A stretch of DNA of 64,000 bases. It comes from Octopus vulgaris (lineage: Eukaryota). Numbering within the stretch: position 1 is the stretch's first letter; each line of letters starts with the position of its first letter. The stretch is from contig OX597828.1 in the NCBI GenBank assembly GCA_951406725.2, forward strand, positions 30,194,001 through 30,258,000, in the 5' to 3' direction. This document shows positions 17,097 through 30,685 of this stretch, piece after piece. Both the position numbers and the translations under genes were made by a program. Under the pieces are notes generated by a model, which worked only from the letters and a program-made list of their open reading frames with translations, was not told the origin of the DNA and did not search any database.

Positions 17097-17526
17097 ATAG
17101 AATCTATAAATAGAATCTTTAAATAGAATCTATAAATAGAATCTATAAATAGAATCTATAAATAGAATCTATTAATAGAATCTATAAATAGAATCTATAA
17201 ATAGAATCTATAAATATTATCTATAAATAGAATCTAAAAATAGAATCTATAAATAGAATCTATAAATAAATAAAAAAAAAAAAAATAAATAAATAGAATC
17301 TATAAATAGAATCTATAAATAGAATCTATATTTAGTAGCTATTAAATAGAAGCTATAAATAGAATCTATAAATAGAATCTATAAATAGTATCTATAAATA
17401 GAATCTAAAAATAGAATCTATAAATAGAATCTATAAATAAATATATAAATATATAAATAAATACATAGGATCTATAAATAGAATCTATAAATAGTATCTA
17501 AAAATAGAATCAATAAATAGAATCTA

Positions 17527-17557
<31 letters not shown>

Positions 17558-17606
17558 ATAGAATCTATAAATAGAATCTATAAATAGAATCTATAAATAG
17601 AATCTA

Positions 17607-17649
<43 letters not shown>

Positions 17650-18256
17650 ATAGAATCTATAAATAGAATTTTTAAATAGAATCTATAAATAGAATCTATA
17701 AATAGAATCTATAAATAGAATCTATTAATAGAATCTATAAATAGAATCTATAAATAGAATCTATAAATATTATCTATAAATAGAATCTAAAAATAGAATC
17801 TATAAATAGAATCTATAAATAAATAAAAAATAAATAAAAAAATAAATAAATAGAATCTATAAATAGAATCTATAAATAGAATCTATAAATAGAACAAATA
17901 AACTAAAAATAGGACAAATGAACTAAAAATAGGATAAATAATCTAAAAATAGGACAAATAATCTAAAATAGAACAGCAACTAAAAATAGGACAAAAAACA
18001 AAAAATAGAACAAGTAAACTAAAAATCGAACAAATAAACTAAAAATAGGTCAAATAAACTAAAAATAGGACAGCAACTAAACCAGGACAAATAATCTAAA
18101 AATAGAACAAATATATTAGAAATAGAACAAATAAACCAAAAATAGAACGGCAACTAAAAATAGGACAAATAAACTAAAAATAGAACAGCAACTAAAAATA
18201 GTTATATTCTATATAAATAAATAGAATCTATAAATAGAATCTATAAATAGAATCTA

Positions 18257-18291
<35 letters not shown>

Positions 18292-19845
18292 ATAGAATCT
18301 ATAAATAGAATCTTTAAATAGAATCTATAAATAGAATCTATAAATAGAATCTATAAATAGAATCTATATTTAGTAGCTATTAAATAGAAGCTATAAATAG
18401 AATCTATAAATAGAATCTATAAATAGTATCTATAAATAGAATCTAAAAATAGAATCTATAAATAGAATCTATAAATAGTATCTATAAATAGTATCTATAA
18501 ATAGAATCTATAAATAGAATCTATAAATAAAAAAATAAATAAATAGAATCTATAAATAGAATCTATAAATAGTATCTATAAATAGAATCTATAAATAGAA
18601 TCTATAAATAAATAAATAAATAAATAAATAAATAGAATCTATAAATAGAATCTATAAATAAATAAATAAATAAATATATAAATAGAATCTATAAATAGAA
18701 TCTTTGAATAGAATCTATAAATAGAATCTATAAATAGAATCTATAAATAGAATCTATAAATAGAATCTATAAATAGTATCTTTAAATAGAATCTAAAAAT
18801 AGAATCTATAAATAGAATCTATAAATAAATAAAAAATAAATAAAAAAATGAAGAAATAGAATCTATAAATAGAATCTATAAATAGAATCTATAAATAGAA
18901 CAAATAAACTAAAAATAGGACAAATAAACTAAAAATAGGACAAAATATCTAAAAAATAGGACAAATAATTTAAAATAGAACTAAAATAGGACAAAAACTA
19001 AAAATAGGTCAAATAAACTAAAAATAAAACAGCAACTATAAATAGGATAAATAAACTAAAAATAGAACAAGTAAACTAAAAATAGAAAAAATAAACTAAA
19101 AATAGGACAAATAAACTAAAAATAGAACAAATAAACTAAAAATAGAACAGCAACTAAAAATAGGACAAATAAACTAAAAATATAACAGCTAAACTAAAAA
19201 TAGGAAAAATTAACTAAAAATAGAACAAATAAACAAAAAATAGAACAGCAACTAAAAATAGGACAAATAAACTAAAAATAGGACAAATAAAATAAAAATA
19301 GAACAGCAACTAAAAATAGTTATATTCTATATAAATAAATAGAATCTATATATAGAATCTATAAATAGAATCTATAAATGGAATCTATAAATAGTATCTA
19401 TAAATAGAATCTATAAATAGAATCTATAAATAGAATCTATAAATAAATAAATAAATAAATAAATAAATAGAATCTATAAATAGAATCTATAAATAGAATC
19501 TATAAATAGAATCTATAAATAGAATCTATAAAGAAATAAATAAATAAATAAATAAATAAATAGAATCTATAAATAGAATCATTAAATAGAATCTATAAAT
19601 AGAATCTATAAATAGAATCTATAAATAGAATCTATAAATAGAATCTATATTTAGTAGCTATTAAATAGAAGCTATAAATAGAATCTATAAATAGAATCTA
19701 TAAATAGTATCTATAAATAGAATCTAAAAATAGAATCTATAAATAGAATCTATAAATAAATATATAAATATATAAATAAATACATAGAATCTATAAATAG
19801 AATCTATAAATAGTATCTAAAAATAGAATCAATAAATAGAATCTA

Positions 19846-19876
<31 letters not shown>

Positions 19877-19925
19877 ATAGAATCTATAAATAGAATCTAT
19901 AAATAGAATCTATAAATAGAATCTA

Positions 19926-19960
<35 letters not shown>

Positions 19961-20312
19961 ATAGAATCTATAAATAGAATCTTTAAATAGAATCTATAAA
20001 TAGAATCTATAAATAGAATCTATAAATAGAATCTATTAATAGAATCTATAAATAGAATCTATAAATAGAATCTATATTTAGTAGCTATTAAATAGAAGCT
20101 ATAAATAGAATCTATAAATAGAATCTATAAATAGTATCTATAAATAGAATCTAAAAATAGAATCTATAAATAGAATCTATAAATAGTATCTATAAATAGT
20201 ATCTATAAATAGAATCTATAAATAGAATCTATAAATAAATAAATAAATAAATAGAATCTATAAATAGAATCTATAAATAGTATCTATAAATAGAATCTAT
20301 AAATAGAATCTA

Positions 20313-20343
<31 letters not shown>

Positions 20344-21390
20344 ATAGAATCTATAAATAGAATCTATAAATAAATAAATAAATAAATATATAAATAGAAT
20401 CTATAAATAGAATCTTTGAATAGAATCTATAAATAGAATCTATAAATAGAATCTATAAATAGAATCTATAAATAGAATCTATAAATAGTATCTATAAATA
20501 GAATCTAAAAATAGAATCTATAAATAGAATCTATAAATAAATAAAAAATAAATAAAAAAATGAAGAAATAGAATCTATAAATAGAATCTATAAATAGAAT
20601 CTATAAATAGAACAAATAAACTAAAAATAGGACAAATAAACTAAAAATAGGACAAAATATCTAAAAAATAGGACAAATAATTTAAAATAGAACTAAAATA
20701 GGACAAAAACTAAAAATAGGTCAAATAAACTAAAAATAAAACAGCAACTATAAATAGGATAAATAAACTAAAAATAGAACAAGTAAACTAAAAATAGAAA
20801 AAATAAACTAAAAATAAGACAAATGAACTAAAAATAGAACAAATAAACTAAAAATAGAACAGCAACTAAAAATAGGACAAATAAACTAAAAATAGGACAA
20901 ATAAAATAAAAATAGAACAGCAACTAAAAATAGTTATATTCTATATAAATAAATAGAATCTATATATAGAATCTATAAATAGAATCTATAAATAAATAAA
21001 TAAATAAATAAATAGAATCTATAAATAGAATCTATAAATAGAATCTATAAATAGAATCTATAAATAGAATCTATAAAGAAATAAATAAATAAATAAATAA
21101 ATAAATAGAATCTATAAATAGAATCATTAAATAGAATCTATAAATAGAATCTATAAATAGAATCTATAAATAGAATCTATAAATAGAATCTATATTTAGT
21201 AGCTATTAAATAGAAGCTATAAATAGAATCTATAAATAGAATCTATAAATAGTATCTATAAATAGAATCTAAAAATAGAATCTATAAATAGAATCTATAA
21301 ATAAATATATAAATATATAAATAAATACATAGAATCTATAAATAGAATCTATAAATAGTATCTAAAAATAGAATCAATAAATAGAATCTA

Positions 21391-21421
<31 letters not shown>

Positions 21422-21470
21422 ATAGAATCTATAAATAGAATCTATAAATAGAATCTATAAATAGAATCTA

Positions 21471-21513
<43 letters not shown>

Positions 21514-22120
21514 ATAGAATCTATAAATAGAATCTTTAAATAGAATCTATAAATAGAATCTATAAATAGAATCTATAAATAGAATCTATTAATAGAATCT
21601 ATAAATAGAATCTATAAATAGAATCTATAAATATTATCTATAAATAGAATCTAAAAATAGAATCTATAAATAGAATCTATAAATAAATAAAAAATAAATA
21701 AAAAAATAAATAAATAGAATCTATAAATAGAATCTATAAATAGAATCTATAAATAGAACAAATAAACTAAAAATAGGACAAATGAACTAAAAATAGGATA
21801 AATAATCTAAAAATAGGACAAATAATCTAAAATAGAACAGCAACTAAAAATAGGACAAAAAACAAAAAATAGAACAAGTAAACTAAAAATCGAACAAATA
21901 AACTAAAAATAGGTCAAATAAACTAAAAATAGAACAGCAACTAAAACAGGACAAATAAACTAAAAATAGAACAAATAAATTAGAAATAGAACAAATAAAC
22001 CAAAAATAGAACGGCAACTAAAAATAGGACAAATAAACTAAAAATAGAACAGCAACTAAAAATAGTTATATTCTATATAAATAAATAGAATCTATAAATA
22101 GAATCTATAAATAGAATCTA

Positions 22121-22155
<35 letters not shown>

Positions 22156-25100
22156 ATAGAATCTATAAATAGAATCTTTAAATAGAATCTATAAATAGAA
22201 TCTATAAATAGAATCTATAAATAGAATCTATATTTAGTAGCTATTAAATAGAAGCTATAAATAGAATCTATAAATAGAATCTATAAATAGTATCTATAAA
22301 TAGAATCTAAAAATAGAATCTATAAATAGAATCTATAATTAGTATCTATAAATAGTATCTATAAATAGAATCTATAAATAGAATCTATAAATAAATAAAT
22401 AAATAAATAGAATCTATAAATAGAATCTATAAATAGTATCTATAAATAGAATCTATAAATAGAATCTATAAATAAATAAATAAATAAATAAATAAATAGA
22501 ATCTATAAATAGAATCTATAAATAGAATCTATAAATAGAATCTATAAATAAATAAATAAATAAATAAATAAATAGAATCTATAAATAGAATCTTTGAATA
22601 GAATCTATAAATAGAATCTATAAATAGAATCTATAAATAGAATCTATAAATAGAATCTATAAATAGTATCTATAAATAGAATCTAAAAATAGAATCTAGA
22701 AATAGAATCTATAAATAAATAAAAAATAAATAAAAAAATGAAGAAATAGAATCTATAAATAGAATCTATAAATAGAATCTATAAATAGAACAAATAAACT
22801 AAAAATAGGACAAATAAACTAAAAATAGGACAAAATATCTAAAAAATAGGACAAATAATTTAAAATAGAACTAAAATAGGACAAAAACTAAAAATAGGTC
22901 AAATAAACTAAAAATAAAACAGCAACTATAAATAGGATAAATAAACTAAAAATAGAACAAGTAAACTAAAAATAGAAAAAATAAACTAAAATAGGACAAA
23001 TAAACTAAAAATAGAACAAATAAACTAAAAATAGAAGAGCAACTAAAAATAGGACAAATAAACTAAAAATAGAACAAATAAACTAAAAATAGAACAAATA
23101 AACAAAAAATAGGACAAATAAACTAAAAATAGAGCATATAAACTAAAAATAGAACAAATAAACTAAAAATAGAACAGCAACTAAAATAGGACAAATAAAC
23201 TAAAAATAGAACAAATAATCTAAAAATAGAATAAATAAACTAGAAATAGAAAAACAACTAAAAAGAGGACAAATAAACTAAAAATAGAACAAGTAAACTA
23301 AAAATAGAAAAAATAAACTAAAAATAGGACAAATAAACTAAAAATAGAACAGATAAACTAAAAATAGAACAAATAAACTAAAAATAGAACAAATAAACTA
23401 AAAATAGAACATATAAACTAAAAATAGAACAAATAAACTAAAAATAGAACAGCAACTAAAAATAGGACAAATAAACTAAAAATAGAACAAATAAACTAAA
23501 AATAGAACAAATAAACTAAAAATAGAACAGCAACTAAAAATAGGACAAATAAACTAAAAATAGAACAAATAAACTAAATAAACAAATAAACTAAAAATAG
23601 AAAAATAAACTAAAAATAGGAACAGCAATAAACTAAAAATAGAACAAATAAACTAAAAATAGAACAGCAACTAAAAATAGGACAAATAAACTAAAAATAG
23701 AACAAATAAACTAAAAATAGAACAAATAAACTTAAAATAGGACAAATAAACTAAAAATAGAACAGATAAAGTAAAGATAGTACAAATAAACTAAAAATAG
23801 AACAGCAACTAAAATAGGTCAAATAAACTAAAAATAGAAGAAATTAACTAAAAATAGAACAAATGAACTAAAAATAGAACAGCAACTAAAAATACGACAA
23901 ATAAACTAAAAATAGAACAGCAACTAAAAATAGTTATATTCTATATAAGTAAATAGAATCTATAAATAGTATCTATACATAGAATCTATAAATAGAATCT
24001 ATAAATAGAATCTATAAATAGAATCTATAAATAGTATCTATAAATAGAATCTATAAATAGAATCTATAAATAGAATCTATAATTAGTAGCTATTAAATAG
24101 AAGGTATAAATAGGAGGTATAAATAGAAGCTATAAATAGAAGCTATAAATAAATAAATAAATAGTATCTATAAATAGAATCTATAAATAAAATCTATAAA
24201 TAGAATCTATAAATAGAATCTATAAATATAATCTATAAATAGTATGTATAAATAGAATCTACAAATAGAATCTATAAATAAATAAATAAATAAATAAATA
24301 GAATCTATAAATAGAATCTATAAATAGAATCTATAAATAGAATCTATAAATAGTTGCAATAAAATAGAAGCTATAAATAGAAGCTATAAATAAATAAATA
24401 GTATCTATAAATAGAATCTAAAAATAGAATCTATAAATAAAATCTAAATATAGAATCTATAAATAAATAAATAAATAAATAAATAGTATCTATAAATAGA
24501 ATCTAAAGATAGAATCTATAAATAGAATCTATAAATAAAATCTATAAATAGAATCTATAAATAGTATCTATAAATAGAATCCATAAATAGAATCTATAAA
24601 TAGAATATATAAATAAATAAATATATAAATAAATAAAAAAATAAATAGAATCTATAAATAGAATCTATAAATAGAATCTATAAATAAAATCTATAAATAG
24701 AATCTATAAATAAATAAATAAATAAATAATTAGTATCTATAAATCGAATCTAAAAATAGAATCTATAAATAGAATCTGTAAATAAAATCTACAAATAGAA
24801 TCTATAAATAGAATCTATAAATAGTATCTATAAATAGAATCTATAAATAGAATCTATAAATAAATAAATAAATAAATAAATAAATAGAATCTATAAATAG
24901 AATCTATAAATAGAATCTATGAATATAATCTATAAATAGAATCTATAAATAGAATCTATAATTAGTAGCTATTAAATAGAAGCAATAAATAGACGCTATA
25001 AATAGAAGCTATATATAGAAGCTATAAATAGAAGCTATAAATAAATAGTTAAATAAATAAATAAATAGTATCTATAAATAGAATCTATAAATAGAATCTA

Positions 25101-25606
25101 TAAATAGAATCTACAAATATCATCTATAAATATAATCTATAAATAGAATCTATAAATTGAATCTATAAATAGTATCTATAAATAGAATCTATAAATTAAT
25201 AAATAAGTAAATAAATAAATAAATAAATAGAATCTATAATTAGAATCTATAAATAGAATCTATAAATTGAATCTATAAATAAATAAACAAATAAATAAAT
25301 AAATAGAATCTATAAATAGAATCTATAAATAGAATCTATAAATAGAATCTATAAATAGAATCTATAAATAGAATCTATAATTAGTAGCTATTAAATAGAA
25401 GCTATAAATAGAAGCTATAAATAGAAGCTATAAATAGAAGTTATAAATAGAAGCTACAAATAAGTAAATAAATAAATAAATGGTATCTATAAATAGAATT
25501 TAAAAATAGAATCTATAAATAGAATCTATAAATAGAATCCATAAATAGAATCTATAAATAGTTTCTATAAATTGAATCTATATATAGAATCTATAAATAG
25601 AATCTA

Positions 25607-25641
<35 letters not shown>

Positions 25642-28170
25642 ATAGAATCTATAAATAGAATCTAGAAATAGAATCTATAAATAGAATCTATAAATAGAAC
25701 AAATAAACAAAAAATAGGACAAATAAACTAAAAATAGGACAAAAAACTAAAAATAGAACAAATAAACTTAAATTAGAACAAATAAACTAAAAATAGAAGA
25801 AATAAACTAAAAATAGAACAGCATTTAAAAATAGAACAAATATACTAAAAATAGAACAGCAACTATAAATAGGACAAATAAACTAAAAATAGAACAAATA
25901 AACTAAAAAGAGAACAAATAAATTAAAAATAGGACAAATAAACTAAAAATAGGACAAATAAACTAAAAATAGAACAAATAAACGAAAAATTGAACAGCAA
26001 CTAAAAATAGAACAAATAAACTAAAAATAGAACAAATAAACTAAAAATAGAACAAATAAACTAAAAATAGAACAAATAAACTAAAAATAGAACTGCAACT
26101 AAAAATAGGACAAATAAACTAAAAATAGAACAAATAAACTAAAAATAAAACAAATAATCTAAAACTAGAACAGCAACTAAAAATAGGACAAATAAACTAA
26201 AAATAGAATAAGTAAACTAAAAATACAACAAATAAACTAAAAATAGGACAATAAACTAAAAATAGAACAAATAAACTAAAAATAGAACAGCAACTAAAAA
26301 TAGAACAAATAAACTAAAAATAGAACAGCAACTAAAAATAGAACAAAAAGACTAAAAATAGAATAGCAACTAAAAATAGGACAAATAAACTAAAAATAGG
26401 ACAACTAAACTAAAAATAGAACAGATAAACTAAAAATAGAACAAATAAACTAAAAATAGAACAGCAAATAAATAGGACAAATAAACTAAAAATAGAACAA
26501 ATAAACTAAAAATAGAACAAATAAACTAAAAATAGAACAGCAACTTAAAATAGGACAAATAAACTAAGAATTGAACAAATAAACTAAAAATAGAACAGAT
26601 AAACTAAAAATAGAAGAAAAAAACTAAAAATAGAACAGCAACTAAAATAGGACAAATAAACTAAAAATAGAAGAAATAAACTAAAAATAGAACAGCAACT
26701 AACAATAGGACAAATATACTAAAAATAGAACAGATAAACTAAAAATAGGACAGATAAACTAAAAATAGAACAAATAAACTAAAAATAGAACAGCAACTAA
26801 AAATAGAACAGCATTTAAAAATAGAACAAATAAACTAAAAATAGAACAAATAATCTAAAACTAGAACAGCAACTAAAAATAGGACAAATAAACTAAAAAT
26901 AGAATAAGTAAACTAAAAATACAACAAATAAACTAAAAATAGGACAATAAACTAAAAATAGAACAAATAAACTAAAAATAGAACAGCAACTAAAAATAGA
27001 ACAAATAAACTAAAAATAGAACAGCAACTAAAAATAGAACAAAAAGACTTAAAATAGAACAGAAACTAAAAATAGGACAAATAAACTAAAAATAGGACAA
27101 CTAAACTAAAAATAGAACAGATAAACTAAAAATAGAACAAATAAACTAAAAATAGAACAGCAAATAAATAGGACAAATAAACTAAAAATAGAACAAATAA
27201 ACTAAAAATAGAACAAATAAACTAAAAATAGAACAGCAACTTAAAATAGGACAAATAAACTAAGAATTGAACAAATAAACTAAAAATAGAACAAATAAAC
27301 TAAAAATAGGACAAATAAACTAAAAATAGAACAGATAAACTAAAAATAGAAGAAATAAACTAAAAATAGAACAGCAACTAAAATAGGACAAATAAACTAA
27401 AAATAGAACAAATAAACTAAAAATAGAACAGCAACTAACAATAGGACAAATATACTAAAAATAGAACAGATAAACTAAAAATAGGACAGATAAACTAAAA
27501 ATAGAACAAATAAACTAAAAATAAAAAAATAGAACACAAAAAATTAAAAATAGAACAAATAAACTAAAAATAGAACAGTAACTAAAAATAGGACAAATAA
27601 ACTAAAAATAGAACAAATAAACTATAAATAGAATAAATAATCTAAAAATAGAACAGCAACTAAAAATAGGACAAATAAACTAAAAATAGAACAAATAAAC
27701 TAAAAATGGAACAAATAAACTAAAAATAGAACAGCAACTAAAAATAGGACAAATAAAGTAAAAATAGAACAAATAAACTAAAAATAGAACAAATAAACTA
27801 AAAATAGAACAGCAACTAAAAATAGAACAAATAAACTAAAAATAGAACATCAACTAAAAATAGGACAAATAAACTAAAAATAGATCAGCAACTAAAATAG
27901 GACAAATAAACTAAAAATAGAACAGCAACTAAAAATAGAACAAATAAGCTAAAAATAGAACAGCTACTAAAAATAGAACAAATAAACTAAAAATTGAACA
28001 AATAAACTAAAAATAGAACAGCAACTAAAAATAGAACAAATAAACTAAAAATAGAACATCAACTAAAAATAGAACAGCAACTAAAAATAGAACAGCAAGT
28101 AAAAATAGAACAGCAAGTAAAAATAGGACAAATAAACTAAAAATAGAACAGCAATTAAAATTAGGACAAA
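1..28170. repeat. Compound satellite array. A blocks of 20-bp (AAATAAACTAAAAATAG[A/G]AC) and 18-bp (AGCAACTAAAAATAG[A/G]AC) units alternate with B blocks of 13-bp (AAATAGAATCTAT) units plus (TAAA)n. Open at the left edge.
   Basis: Read directly. There are 15 A blocks and 14 B blocks, with a strongly A-rich plus strand and no ORF in the track. The array decays into unique A-rich sequence at ~28,160. Confidence 0.98.
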
Positions 28171-28529
28171 TAATAATTTAATATATTAAATTAGAGATAA
28201 AACCACTATTAGACAAAACAAACAGTGAAAATCATAAGCCAATACATAGAAATAAAATTAATTAAAAAATATATAGAAAAAATTTAAAATATAAAATGTA
28301 AAAATCCAATTAAAATATTTAAATTAAGGTCAAAATTTAAAAAAATTATTTAAATTAATACGTTAAACTTATAAATTATAAATATATATATATTTTTATT
28401 ATTATTTTTTTTAATTATCTTTTTTATTTCTTTTTTAAATATATTTTATATTTTTATATTTATTTATTTATTTATTTTCTTATAAACTTTCAAAAAGTAT
28501 TAAAAGTTTACTAAGATAAATAGTAAAAA

Positions 28530-28623
28530 CACTACGATCGTTTCATGCCCGTAACCAATTCGAATAATAATAAGTTAAATTCAATTAATAATTCGAGTTA
28601 TGGTTACATTCAATCTTCAGGTT
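28530..28623 (-). ncRNA. Type I hammerhead ribozyme (PLE-associated)
   Basis: Minus strand reads aac-CUGAAGA-[long stem II, UGUAACCA/UGGUUACG and UCGAAU/AUUCGA]-GAAA-CGAUC-GUA-gug. The core is intact, stem III is palindromic (ACGAUCGU) and stem I is weak (~2 bp). Confidence 0.8.
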
Positions 28624-30685
28624 AATTGTAATATTTTAATAAATAATCAAAAATATTTAAACAATATTTTTAAAGAAATAAATAATATAATAAATTTTCT
28701 TATAAAAATCTCTATCATCAAACTAGAAATTTAACGATTATGATTATATCAAAACAACGATTATAATGTTAAATATTAATTTTAATTTTTAAGTATTAAT
28801 TTTTAAGGTAAGAAACCCACCAATAATCTAATATCAGTAATAGTCAATATCTAATCACATAAATATTTTACAAAATAAATGATTATTCATATTATTAAAA
28901 TATAAAATATCAATGAAAATATATAAATGTATATAAAAATATAATTAAGATCTAAATAATCTCTATAAATAAATATATATGCACATATAATAAAGACCTA
29001 ATAAATTAATTTTTCATATTTAAAGATGAAATAGCTAATTTCAAAAATACAAGCAAACCATCTTAAACGAACGCTATATTAAATTAACTATCTTCATCTC
29101 TTTGGCTAAATAATAACTTTCAAATATCTTATCTTTAAAATACTTAAAGAAATAATCAATTCGTAGTTATATAGTAACAAATAAGTACTATAAATATATT
29201 TATCAATGGGAATAATGTAACTAGCAAATAACAATTTAAAAAGACAATATATAAGTTAAAATAATAATCACAAGAAATTTAGAACTACAATTAATGCTAT
29301 TAATACATGTATATACATGAATCTAACTTATACCAACTCATATACTTGCTATCAAACAACATATCTATCGCCAAGTAAATTCTTACGAATAAACTTTAAG
29401 TTAATATCTAATAATTATATAGAAAATTACGATAATTGCATATACAACGATATATACATAAAAAAAACAATAATATTATACCATAAGACTTATAAATATT
29501 AAAATTTAGAGATTTTAAATATAAATATATACTTATCTTAGCGAGGTTTTGTAATGAACTAAATTTTGAATCGGAAGACGTCTTTACAGCATTTATAAGA
29601 ATACTCGTGGAATTACGTTATTAGCAAAAAAGAATACATTGTTGAAGAATTCATTACGCGTGAGAAACAAATACGCTTTATCAATGAAGATTGTGAATGG
29701 GAACAGTTATGGTTTATCAATAATTGTAAATAGAATGAAGTCACAAATAAAGAATATAATCACTGAATACTATAAGATTTATTAATAAAATAACTATCAT
29801 AAATAATACTTAATACAGAATAAATCAAATAATTAAAAACCACTAATTATTATATATACTCTAAAAGTCTTATAAGATTAATAAATATATAAAACAAATT
29901 TTTAATAGTAACCCCTCTACGTACTATTAAATTCTTTCCCATTTACTCTTATAATTATAATTTAAAACTAGTGATCATAACCAAAATCACTAATACTTAT
30001 CACAATTTGAGGTATAACTATACATGCGTTTACATATATATATAAATATACATATATTTATATATATACATACATACTCATACATACATGCACATACATA
30101 CATACACATACACATATATACACACACCCATACACACACACATAAATAATTGTATATACATATACATATATATACACGTACATAAACATATACACATGTA
30201 TACATACACAAACAAATAGATATATCATATAAATAAATACGTATATAAATGTCTATATTCATACTTCAATACAAACATAGATGTAAAAATTAAGTTTAAT
30301 CTATATATTCTATCTTACTAATCTATATTTCTATATTAAATAAAATAGATTAAATAAACATCCAACTAAATCTATTTCAAATATAAAGAGATTATATACA
30401 TATAGATTAATTTAACAAAACTATAATTTAACAAAATTATTACAGACATATAACAAAATATATAAACTTAACTTTATTATAAGATAAATATATATATATT
30501 ATATATCATATTATTAATACTCAACACTATTATGAAGTAATAAATTTATAAAATTAATAGAATATTATATTATTTTTTTAATATAACATATAAAAAACCA
30601 TGTAAGAAATCACTTACTATATTTTAGATTAATACTATTACATAAATCAACAAATAAGGAGCTAATTAGGGCCAAGAAATATTCA

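Noticed and set aside
1-28170. Satellite as a CRISPR array, a coding repeat or a telomere
   Set aside because: Spacers are fixed rather than unique, no cas genes are present and the context is eukaryotic. The repeat has stops on both strands and contains no TTAGGG or TTAGG.
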